Below, in pieces: positions 1 to 11,750 of a DNA stretch of 18,075 nt. Within the stretch, counting starts at the first letter, position 1. Every line of letters begins with the position of its first letter. The notes below the pieces were generated by a model that saw only the letters and a program-made list of their open reading frames with translations, had not been told where the DNA came from and made no database searches. Both the position numbers and the translations under genes were made by a program. Source of the DNA: Longimicrobiales bacterium (GTDB taxonomy: Bacteria > Gemmatimonadota > Gemmatimonadetes > Longimicrobiales > Gaopeijiaceae). The stretch covers positions 1-18,075 of the forward strand of contig CBDANQ010000002.1 of the NCBI GenBank assembly GCA_965197725.1. The letters run 5' to 3'.

Positions 1-1
1 C

Positions 2-472
2 GACGAGCCACCCTCGTACGACGACCAGATCGACGACGACATTCCGGAGTACTCGAATCCTTACAGGACTGTGTCGCGGTCGACCCCGGCCCCGCCGGAG
101 ACGTTGATCCCGAAAGACGTCTGGGAAGAAATCGCCGGACTCGTGTCCGGCGTACGACCGAGCGCCTTGCCCGCCGAGCCCGAGCCGCGGAGCGAGGCCA
201 CGACCGTAGCACGTCCGGCGTCCTACCAGCCGACTCCAGAGCAGGAGCACGTGGTGCACCGCGCCCATGTGGGCTACGGAACGGACCCTTCCTCACGGGC
301 GCCTTCGGAACAGGACGGGTTGGATCCGCTCGCGGAGCGCCTCGCTGCGGACGCCGGGGCAGTACACGAAGTGTTATCGAGCCGGGACCCGCACGCGCTC
401 CGGCAGGCGATCATTTTGCAAGAAGTTCTGGGACCGCCCGCAGCCTTCCGCGGGGACCCGTACGACCCCTAG
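2..472 (+). CDS. 5'-truncated hypothetical protein, YqfB-like C-terminal motif
   Basis: The frame of ORF 71..472 stays open back to position 2 (DEPPSYDDQIDDD...), so the gene begins outside the window. A low-complexity Pro/Glu-rich body ends in LRQAIILQEVLGPPAAFR, resembling the 'AII.SEILGPP.A.R' tail of YqfB-like proteins found after nfeD-floA. Confidence 0.6.
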   Translation, partial: DEPPSYDDQIDDDIPEYSNPYRTVSRSTPAPPETLIPKDVWEEIAGLVSGVRPSALPAEPEPRSEATTVARPASYQPTPEQEHVVHRAHVGYGTDPSSRAPSEQDGLDPLAERLAADAGAVHEVLSSRDPHALRQAIILQEVLGPPAAFRGDPYDP

Positions 473-483
473 AAGGCGCCGCG

Positions 484-3297
<2,814 letters not shown>

Positions 3298-3326
3298 GGT
3301 GGCTCCCTGTGGTCAGGTACTGTGCG

Positions 3327-3365
3327 TGGGGACCCTAATGATGGTTGAAGTGAAGGAGCGTGTCA
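3327..3365 (-). promoter_or_regulatory. Putative sigma70-type promoter of acnA
   Basis: Minus strand reads CTGACA-17 nt-CATCAT about 40 nt upstream of the GTG start; imperfect consensus match. Confidence 0.3.
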
Positions 3366-3376
3366 GGGGCTTCTGG

Positions 3377-3406
3377 TTGAGCCGATGGCGGGCCCGTGGT
3401 TAGGTT
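3377..3406 (+). promoter_or_regulatory. Putative promoter of tRNA-Leu
   Basis: TTGAGC (3377-3382), 18 nt spacer, TAGGTT (3401-3406), 37 nt upstream of the tRNA. Confidence 0.35.
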
Positions 3407-3443
3407 GAGCGCCCGTGAATGCGACCGGTTCCGGACGCACTGC

Positions 3444-3526
3444 GCCGGGGTGGCGGAACGGTAGACGCGGCGGCCTCAAAAGCCGCTGTCCGCAAGGACG
3501 TGCGGGTTCGATTCCCGCCCCCGGTA
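3444..3526 (+). tRNA. tRNA-Leu (anticodon CAA), long variable arm, CCA not encoded
   Basis: Acceptor stem GCCGGGG/CCCCGGT plus discriminator A; D-arm GCGGAACGGTAGACGC; anticodon stem GCGGC-CT CAA AA-GCCGC (CAA at 3477-3479); variable arm GTCC-GCAA-GGAC; T-arm GCGGG-TTCGATT-CCCGC. Confidence 0.97.
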
Positions 3527-3529
3527 TGC

Positions 3530-3562
3530 GAGCCCCGCAGGGCCTTTCGGCCTGCGGGGCTC
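3530..3562 (+). terminator. Strong hairpin directly after the tRNA (terminator-like, no U-tract)
   Basis: GAGCCCCGCAGG (3530-3541) is the exact reverse complement of CCTGCGGGGCTC (3551-3562). It is followed by AAGCGG rather than poly-T. Confidence 0.55.
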
Positions 3563-3619
3563 AAGCGGCCTCTCGCCGTTCGTCGCCAGCGCGCGGTGCC
3601 CTTGGGAGGTCTCCGCCGC

Positions 3620-3644
3620 ATGGATATACTAGATGGATATACTA
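3620..3644 (+). repeat. Perfect 12-bp tandem direct repeat (ATGGATATACTA x2, 13-bp period) upstream of gltA
   Basis: ATGGATATACTA at 3620-3631 and 3633-3644. AT-rich island in GC-rich DNA; each copy contains the -10-like hexamer TATACT. Confidence 0.85.
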
Positions 3645-3712
3645 ATAGGCTGCGGAGCTAATGGACGCCGCGACGACTGTTGGACCGTCGCTCGGGGCCC
3701 GAAGGAGGGATC

Positions 3713-5023
<1,311 letters not shown>

Positions 5024-5044
5024 AGGGATCCTCCGTAGCGGTCG

Positions 5045-5938
5045 TTGGGAGGGATTCTGAGTCAACCGACCTGCATCGACCTGGAGCACCTCCGACTCGA
5101 AGGGGCGATTGCGTGCTACCTCATCGACGCAGAGGAGCCGACCATCGTCGACCCGGGTCCCACCACCGCCGTGGAGCGGTTGGTGGCCGAGCTGCAGTCC
5201 CATGGTGTAGGCGCAAAGGATCTCCGACACATCGCATTGACCCACGTCCACCTCGATCACGCCGGTGCGACCGGGCATCTCTCCCGGCTCTTCCCGAACG
5301 CCACCGTGCATGTTCACGAGGATGGTGCGTCTCACATGGTGGATCCGGAGCGGCTCGTCGCGAGCACGCGGCGGACGTTCGGAGATGCCCACGACCGCCT
5401 TTGGGGTGAAATGAAGCCAGTTCCCGCGGATCGCATCGAAGCGTGGCGCTCGGGCGAGCCCGGGCCGTGCCCTGAGCTGCTCCCCATCGCGACCCCCGGA
5501 CATATCGCGCATCACCTGGCGTATCTGGACGAGCGTGACGGCATGCTGTACGCGGGTGATGCCATGGGGATCGTGCTGTCCGGTGGGCCCTCGCACCCTC
5601 CGACGCCACCGCCCGCGGTGGATCTGAGAGCGTGGAAGCGGACGTTGGACGAGATCGGTGAGATCGGACCCGAACGGTTCGGGGCGACGCACTTCGGAAT
5701 CCACGGCGATGTCGAGACGCGTCGTGAGCAGCTCCAGTCGCGTCTCGACGCGTTGGAGGCGCGGGTGAGGGCGGGGTTGGCCGCGGGTGACGAGGAGGAC
5801 GCGGAGCGCTATAACGACGAGGTGCGCGAGGAATTCGCGCCCTTCATGGGCGAAGATCGTGTCGGTCGGTACTTCGACCTGTTCTCCGCGGCCGTCGATT
5901 GGGCAGGCGTCGCGTTTTATCTGAAAGGGAATCCCTAG
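5045..5938 (+). CDS. Metallo-beta-lactamase-fold hydrolase
   Basis: THVHLDHAG (HxHxDH), TPGHIAHH, AGDAMG and ATHFG metal-ligand motifs. Start uncertain: TTG 5045, or CTG 5057 after GGAGG at 5048-5052. Confidence 0.9.
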   Translation: MGGILSQPTCIDLEHLRLEGAIACYLIDAEEPTIVDPGPTTAVERLVAELQSHGVGAKDLRHIALTHVHLDHAGATGHLSRLFPNATVHVHEDGASHMVDPERLVASTRRTFGDAHDRLWGEMKPVPADRIEAWRSGEPGPCPELLPIATPGHIAHHLAYLDERDGMLYAGDAMGIVLSGGPSHPPTPPPAVDLRAWKRTLDEIGEIGPERFGATHFGIHGDVETRREQLQSRLDALEARVRAGLAAGDEEDAERYNDEVREEFAPFMGEDRVGRYFDLFSAAVDWAGVAFYLKGNP

Positions 5939-5979
5939 CGGGCCGACCACGGTCCGCACAGGTAGCTGGAGTCTAGCAA

Positions 5980-7974
5980 ATGGGTCGGGAACGATCTCTG
6001 TGGCGTAGCATGGCGGGTCTCGGCGCGTTCGTCGTATTTCTAGGCGGACTCACGCCGGAGGCACTCACGGCGCAAGAGAGCGACGAAGTACGCAGGCCGG
6101 TGCCGGCGCCCGTCGTCCTCCCGCCGTTCTACCAGCGTTCGCTAGAACGCGGGTGGCGCAGTGAGGACGGCAGCCCTGGACATTCATACTGGCAGCAATC
6201 GTCCTCGTATGAGCTCGAGGCACGTCTCGATCCTGAGACCTCCGAGCTGGAAGGCACCGTTCGCATCCAGTACGTGAGCAATGCGCCCGCGAGCTTGCCA
6301 ACCGTTTGGCTTCATCTGCACCAGAACTTGCATCGGCAAGGCTCGCCGAGGCGTGGCTCCGTGGAGATCACGGACGGTATTCGGCTGACCGGTGTCTCGG
6401 CGGACGGTGAGGAGCTCGAGGAGATAGAACTCGATGGTGGTCCGGGCTACGCGGTGACCGGTACGCTGATGCAGCTTGCCCCGGGCTTCCCAGTGGAGCA
6501 GGGCGATACGCTGGAGCTCGAGATCAGCTGGAGCGAGACGATTCCGCAGAACGGTTCCGGCCGCATGGGGCACTCCGACAAGGAGATGTATTTCGTCGCG
6601 TACTGGTTTCCGAAGATTGCGGTCTTCGACGACCTCCGTCTCTGGGACGCGCAGCCGTACCTGGGAGCCGCGGAGTTCTACGATGGGTTCGGGGACTACA
6701 CCGTGTCGATTTCCGTGCCCGAGGGCTGGACGGTGATGGCGACCGGCGAGCTCCAGAACCCCGATGACGTGTTCTCGGCGCTCACGCTCGACCGTCTCGA
6801 AGAGGCGTCGACCTCCGACGAGCTCGTGATGATCGCTGGGCAGGCCGAGCGCGATGCGGGCACGGTGACCGCTTCCGGAACGGACGGCTGGCTCACCTAT
6901 CGCTTCGAAGCCGACAATGTGCGCGACTTCGCCTGGACCACCTCGAACCTTCAGCGGTGGGACGCGACGTCGGCAGTCGTGCCGGACCGGGGCGAGGACG
7001 GCGAAGACGACCGTGTGCTGATCCATTCGCTCTGGCGTCCGGAGCGCGCCCCGCTTTGGGCGCAGCAGTGGCAGTACGGCAAGCAGTCGATCGAGCACCA
7101 TTCGGTGTACACGGGCTTTCCGTATCCGTGGTCGCACATGACTTCGGTCGAGGGCTCGGACATCATCGACGGTGGCATGGAGTTTCCCATGCTGACGCTG
7201 ATCGGGCCGTACGAGGACCAGGATGCGCAGGCGCTCTTCAATGTCACGTCGCACGAGCTTGGCCACATGTGGGTGCCGATGATCGTCGGCTCCAACGAGA
7301 AGCGCCACGCGTGGATGGACGAGGGCTCGGCCACCTTCCTAGAGGACCAGAGCCGGATGGAGATCTGGCCGGGCGTGGACCACCACCGGGTCGAGGCGGC
7401 CAACTACCTCCGGGTCGCTACCGCCGGCTTGGAGCAAAGCATGATGCGGCATGCCGACTGGTACGAACCCGGGCCTGGTGGTAACGCCGCGTCGTATGCG
7501 AAGCCGGCGACGCTGATGGTCGCGCTTCGTGAGCTATTGGGGCAGGAGACGTGGGAGGAGGCGTACCGGGCCTTCATCTCGGAGTGGGCGTACAAGCACC
7601 CCACGCCTTGGGATTTCTTCGCCACGTTCGAGCGCTTCGCCGAACAGGACCTCGATTGGTTCTGGACATCCTTCTACTTCGAGACGTGGACGCTCGACCA
7701 CGCGGTGGGCACGGTCCGCGCGCATACGTCTGGGGGCGCCACCGTGACCATCGAGGACCGCGGCTTTGCTCCGTTCCCCGCGACGGTCCGCATCCGGACA
7801 TCGACGGGCGAGCGGATCGATGAAACGATCCCGGTCGAGCACTGGCTCGACGGCAACAAGAGCTTCGAGATCGAAGTGCCGGCGGGCGTGGGGTCGGTGA
7901 CTCGAGTCGAGGTCGATCCGTCCGGCTACGTGCCCGACGTGGATCGCACTAACAATTTCTGGCCACGGGGCTGA
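5980..7974 (+). CDS. Secreted M1-family zinc metallopeptidase (aminopeptidase N-like)
   Basis: N-terminal signal peptide (…PEALTA|QES), GGMEF (GxMEN-like), HELGH followed 18 residues later by the E of WMDEG, AYKHPTPWDF, VDRTNN. Confidence 0.92.
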   Translation: MGRERSLWRSMAGLGAFVVFLGGLTPEALTAQESDEVRRPVPAPVVLPPFYQRSLERGWRSEDGSPGHSYWQQSSSYELEARLDPETSELEGTVRIQYVSNAPASLPTVWLHLHQNLHRQGSPRRGSVEITDGIRLTGVSADGEELEEIELDGGPGYAVTGTLMQLAPGFPVEQGDTLELEISWSETIPQNGSGRMGHSDKEMYFVAYWFPKIAVFDDLRLWDAQPYLGAAEFYDGFGDYTVSISVPEGWTVMATGELQNPDDVFSALTLDRLEEASTSDELVMIAGQAERDAGTVTASGTDGWLTYRFEADNVRDFAWTTSNLQRWDATSAVVPDRGEDGEDDRVLIHSLWRPERAPLWAQQWQYGKQSIEHHSVYTGFPYPWSHMTSVEGSDIIDGGMEFPMLTLIGPYEDQDAQALFNVTSHELGHMWVPMIVGSNEKRHAWMDEGSATFLEDQSRMEIWPGVDHHRVEAANYLRVATAGLEQSMMRHADWYEPGPGGNAASYAKPATLMVALRELLGQETWEEAYRAFISEWAYKHPTPWDFFATFERFAEQDLDWFWTSFYFETWTLDHAVGTVRAHTSGGATVTIEDRGFAPFPATVRIRTSTGERIDETIPVEHWLDGNKSFEIEVPAGVGSVTRVEVDPSGYVPDVDRTNNFWPRG

Positions 7975-8030
7975 CAGGGGCTGATCGGGCGAATTACTCC
8001 TCTTGGCTGCCCTGGACCGAGATGCTTGGC

Positions 8031-8219
8031 TCAGCCTCCCCCGCCACCTCCGTCCGTGAAGCCGATGAAGAGGCACAGCGCGAGCAGCGCCAGGTTCGTA
8101 GAGGTGCGTGAGAACGCCTCCGCGGCCAGGCCCATGATCGGTCCCGTGAACGCAGTGACAAGCGCCCCTGCCAACGCGAGCGCGGCGAGTCCGACGCAGG
8201 CCTTCGCAATACCGTCCAT
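8031..8219 (-). CDS. Small (62 aa) two-helix membrane protein of unknown function
   Basis: ATG 8219 preceded by GGAGG (8224-8228). MDGIAKACVGLAALALAGALVTAFTGPIMGLAAEAFSRTSTNLALLALCLFIGFTDGGGGGG has two hydrophobic segments, GC-rich third codon positions, and fills the gap between the M1 gene and dnaE2. Confidence 0.7.
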   Translation of the reverse strand: MDGIAKACVGLAALALAGALVTAFTGPIMGLAAEAFSRTSTNLALLALCLFIGFTDGGGGGG

Positions 8220-8313
8220 CGTGCCTCCGAGCGTAGAAAGGATCCCCACCGCCGACCCAACCCCCTACATGGTCAGCTGAGGGAGCGTCAAGCGCAAGGA
8301 ACCAGGGCCATGC

Positions 8314-11300
8314 TTACCCCCAGCTCTTGATGCCTGGAGGGTTCTGGCGCAGCGCCGTGAGGTAGCGAAACAGGCTCGGACCCTGCCGATCCGGGTCGGC
8401 CCAGGATTCGAGTGCGCCGGGCAGGGAGGCGTGCAGGTCGGCGAGGCCGTTCTCGGGGCTCGAGCCGTACTCCCCGCCGTTGCCGCTCGTGGCCGCGTAC
8501 GTCTTCGACATCCCCCCCTGTCGTACGGGCGTTCCGGGCACCCTCAACGCCCCCACTTCGTACGCGATCACGTTGAGCGTATCACCGTCTTTCTGCAGTC
8601 GGCCGCGCACCGTGAGGAAGGGCTCCATGCGCACGGCATTGCGGTCCCGTTTGTAGACATCAGGTTTCACAATCACGTTTATAGGACCGTTCTCATCTTC
8701 CATCAGGACAAAGACATAGCCTTTTGCAGTTCCAGGCCTTTGCCGCGTGGTTACGAGACCCGCGACGCGCACTGTGCTGTGCTGGCGCAGGTGCGGAAGG
8801 CGGTCCGAAGAGACGGTTCCGTCGGGCAGGACACCCCTCAGAAGCGTGAGCGGATGCAGCTCCGCCGAGAAGCGCAGCATGCGGTATTCGGCGACCATAC
8901 GGGCCGTCGGTCCCAGGTCCGGGAACGAGAGGCTCGCATACGGGTCCGCAAGCTCCAATTCGGTCTGCGCGTGGTCCTCCCGTCCGCCCGTGCGCTCGTT
9001 GTCGGTCTCGGGGCCGAGCCAGAGACCCGCTTGCCACAGCAATTCCCGCCGGGTGAGGCCGAAGTCGCTGAATCCGCCCACCCAGATGAGGTTTTCGATG
9101 GCAGGCCGCTTCAATGAGGGCGGCGTACGGCGCAAAAAATCCGCGAGCGAGACGTACGGGCCGCTTTTCTCCCGTTCTGCGACGATCCGCTCCGCGATTT
9201 CAGTACCCCAACTGCGTACGAAACCAAGCCCGATGCGTAAGTCGTCCCCTTCGGCGGCGCAGGCGACCCGGCTCTTGTTCACATCGGGCAGGAGGGTCTG
9301 AATGCCGTTCCTGCGTGCGTCCCGCCCCAGGGCATCGAGCGAGTAGAAGCCCATGGGCTGGTTGTTGAAGAGCCCGACGTAGAATTCGATCGGGTAATAG
9401 TGGCGTAGCCACGCGGACTGGTACGCCAACAAGCCGAATGCGGCTGCGTGGGACTTGGGGAACCCGAATTCGCTGAACGCGGTGACCTGCGTGAAGATTT
9501 CCCGCGCGGTGGTCTCATCCACGCCGTTGGCCATCGCGCCCTTCTGGAAGTCGCCCCAGTGCGCTACGAGCGCCTCTTTCGAGCGTTTCCGACTCATCGC
9601 ACGGCGTAGCTCCTCCGCTTGACCGTCCGAGAAGGACGCGAGCGCCTGACAGACTTTGAGCACCTGATCCTGGAAGATGATCACGCCCAGCGTCTCCCCG
9701 AGCGCTTCCTTCAGCAGCGGATGGGGGTAGGGGACCTCGTAGTCTGGGTTCTCACGCAGCATTTCGCGGCGTCGTACGTACGGGTTCACCGCTCCACCGA
9801 CGATGGGACCGGGGCGCACGATGGCTACTTGAACGGCCAGATCCTCGAGGTTCCGTGGCTTCGTGCGCCGGAGCATCTGGATCTGGGCCCGGCTCTCGAC
9901 CTGGAAGAGCCCGACGGTGTCTCCCGAGCAGATGCGGTCGTAGAGGACCTCGTCCTCGAAGTCGATGCGGGACAGATCGGGGGCTTCTCCGTGCCGTTCC
10001 GCGATCAGGTCGATGCTCTCTTCGACCAGTGAGAGCATGCCGAGCGCGAGGAAGTCGATCTTGATGAAACCCGCGTCCTCGCAGGAATCCTTGTCCCACT
10101 GACACAGCACTCGGCCTTGCCAGGCGGCGGGCTCGAGCGGGACGATCTCCACGAGCGGGCGGCTAGAGATGATCATGCCGCCCACGTGCTGGGAGATATG
10201 GCGCGGCAGGCCGGCCACGTCTTCGGCCAAAGACCCCAATAGGCGCCATAACTGTGCGTCCGCTCGGTCCCGGAACTCCGGCAGCGCCGCGATTTCATCC
10301 GCGAGGCCTGCCGCGGAACGGTGTTCGGAGAGCTTCGAGAGCTTTTCCAGCTCTCCCATCGGCAGGTCGAGCACTTTTCCGATTTCCCGAACCGCCGACT
10401 TCAACCGATAAGTGGGGAACGTACAGACGAGCCCAGTGTGCTCGGAGCCGTACTTCTCGTAGACGCGCAGGATGAGCTGTTCCCGGATGTCCCTCGGGAA
10501 GTCGAGGTCGATGTCCGGCACGCTGCGCAGGGCTTCGTTGAGGAATCGGCCCAGGAAGAGGTTGTTCTTCACCGGATCGATGTGCGAAAGCCCTATCAAA
10601 TAGCAGATGATCGACGATACCGAGGAACCACGTCCACGGCCGGGGGGGAGGCCCGAACGGGCCCGCGGGGCGTCTCCGCGAACTTCCCGTGCGACGAGGA
10701 CAGCCAAGTCCATGATGTCGCGGTAGACGAGAAAAAATCCCGCGAGCCCGTGGAGATCCACGAGCCTCAACTCCGTGTGCAGACGGTCCTCGGCGTCTTT
10801 CTCTTCCGTGCTGCCGGTCTCGTAGAGCGTGGAGATCTTGGCCAGGCAGATCGCGGCGAGCGTTTCGAGTGCTTCACCTCGCGCCGATCCCTCGAAATTC
10901 GGGAACTCGTAGCCGAGATCTTCCGTCAGATCGAAGGCGGCGCACCGCTCGGCGATGAGCAGCGTGTTCGTGAGCGCTTCCGGTCGGCTCTGGAAGCGGT
11001 GACGCATCTCCCACGGCTCGGCGAGGTGGAAGAGCCGGTTGGCCCGCCGTGCCCCGTGCGCGCCGTCGAGCGTCGCTCGGTTCTTGATGGAGACGAGCAC
11101 GTCCTGGAGCCGATGCCGCTCGGGGCGATGATAGTGCACGTTTCCGGTCGCCACGACGCCGAGTCCCAAACGCCCGGCGAGCCGAGCGAGTGCCCTGTTA
11201 CGTGCCGTATCTCCCTTCACCGCATTGTCTTGCAGCTCCACGAAGACGCTGCCAGGCCCGAACGCATCAACGAGCTGCTGAGTCATCTGCTCGGCTTCGG

Positions 11301-11748
11301 CGACCGATGAAGCGAGCGCGGCCGCCACGGGGCTCTTCCCGCACCCAGTCAGCAGGATCAGCCCCTCCGAGAGCTCGAGCAGAGAGGGCAGGGGGAGCCG
11401 TGCATCGCCTCGCTCCGAACCCATGTGAGCATCGGTGAGCAAGCGGCACAGGTTTGCGTAACCCTGAGATGTTTCGGCCAAGAGCGTGACGTGATGCCCG
11501 CTCTCGGGCTCCTCGAAGCCCGGAAAGCACTCCCGGAGGGTGACTTCCGCGCCCGTGATCGGCTGGAGATTGGCCCGTTTCGCCGCGTGGGCGAATTCCA
11601 TGGAGCCGTAGAGCCCGTTGTGGTCCGTGAGCGCGAGCGCCGGGTAGCCGAGCTCTACCGCGCGCATCGCCAGTTCTTGGGGATGCGATGCGCCGTCCAG
11701 GAACGAAAAACCCGAATGGCAGTGCAGTTCGACGTAGGGCATATTCAT
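8314..11748 (-). CDS. dnaE2: Error-prone DNA polymerase III alpha subunit (DnaE2/ImuC)
   Basis: PHP domain (ELHCHSGFSFLDGASHP, ALTDH), GRGSSVSS, catalytic VPDIDLDF and KIDFLALG, DnaE2-typical LPRHISQHVGG, QWDKD, GFPKSHAAAF, NNQPMGFYS and OB-fold RQRPGTAKG. Start placed at ATG 11748 (alternatively 11742) rather than 11826. Confidence 0.93.
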   Translation of the reverse strand: MNMPYVELHCHSGFSFLDGASHPQELAMRAVELGYPALALTDHNGLYGSMEFAHAAKRANLQPITGAEVTLRECFPGFEEPESGHHVTLLAETSQGYANLCRLLTDAHMGSERGDARLPLPSLLELSEGLILLTGCGKSPVAAALASSVAEAEQMTQQLVDAFGPGSVFVELQDNAVKGDTARNRALARLAGRLGLGVVATGNVHYHRPERHRLQDVLVSIKNRATLDGAHGARRANRLFHLAEPWEMRHRFQSRPEALTNTLLIAERCAAFDLTEDLGYEFPNFEGSARGEALETLAAICLAKISTLYETGSTEEKDAEDRLHTELRLVDLHGLAGFFLVYRDIMDLAVLVAREVRGDAPRARSGLPPGRGRGSSVSSIICYLIGLSHIDPVKNNLFLGRFLNEALRSVPDIDLDFPRDIREQLILRVYEKYGSEHTGLVCTFPTYRLKSAVREIGKVLDLPMGELEKLSKLSEHRSAAGLADEIAALPEFRDRADAQLWRLLGSLAEDVAGLPRHISQHVGGMIISSRPLVEIVPLEPAAWQGRVLCQWDKDSCEDAGFIKIDFLALGMLSLVEESIDLIAERHGEAPDLSRIDFEDEVLYDRICSGDTVGLFQVESRAQIQMLRRTKPRNLEDLAVQVAIVRPGPIVGGAVNPYVRRREMLRENPDYEVPYPHPLLKEALGETLGVIIFQDQVLKVCQALASFSDGQAEELRRAMSRKRSKEALVAHWGDFQKGAMANGVDETTAREIFTQVTAFSEFGFPKSHAAAFGLLAYQSAWLRHYYPIEFYVGLFNNQPMGFYSLDALGRDARRNGIQTLLPDVNKSRVACAAEGDDLRIGLGFVRSWGTEIAERIVAEREKSGPYVSLADFLRRTPPSLKRPAIENLIWVGGFSDFGLTRRELLWQAGLWLGPETDNERTGGREDHAQTELELADPYASLSFPDLGPTARMVAEYRMLRFSAELHPLTLLRGVLPDGTVSSDRLPHLRQHSTVRVAGLVTTRQRPGTAKGYVFVLMEDENGPINVIVKPDVYKRDRNAVRMEPFLTVRGRLQKDGDTLNVIAYEVGALRVPGTPVRQGGMSKTYAATSGNGGEYGSSPENGLADLHASLPGALESWADPDRQGPSLFRYLTALRQNPPGIKSWG

Positions 11749-11750
11749 GA

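Noticed and set aside
3298..3335. Iron-responsive-element-like hairpin in the acnA leader (CAGTAC)
   Set aside because: The loop is not CAGUGN and no convincing stem with a C-bulge forms.
3444..3562. tRNA-Leu as an integration site for an island or prophage
   Set aside because: No integrase, no duplicated tRNA 3' end seen in the window, and the flanks are housekeeping genes.
5045..5938. MBL-fold protein as an antibiotic-resistance beta-lactamase
   Set aside because: No signal peptide, and the motif set is that of generic cytoplasmic MBL-fold hydrolases.
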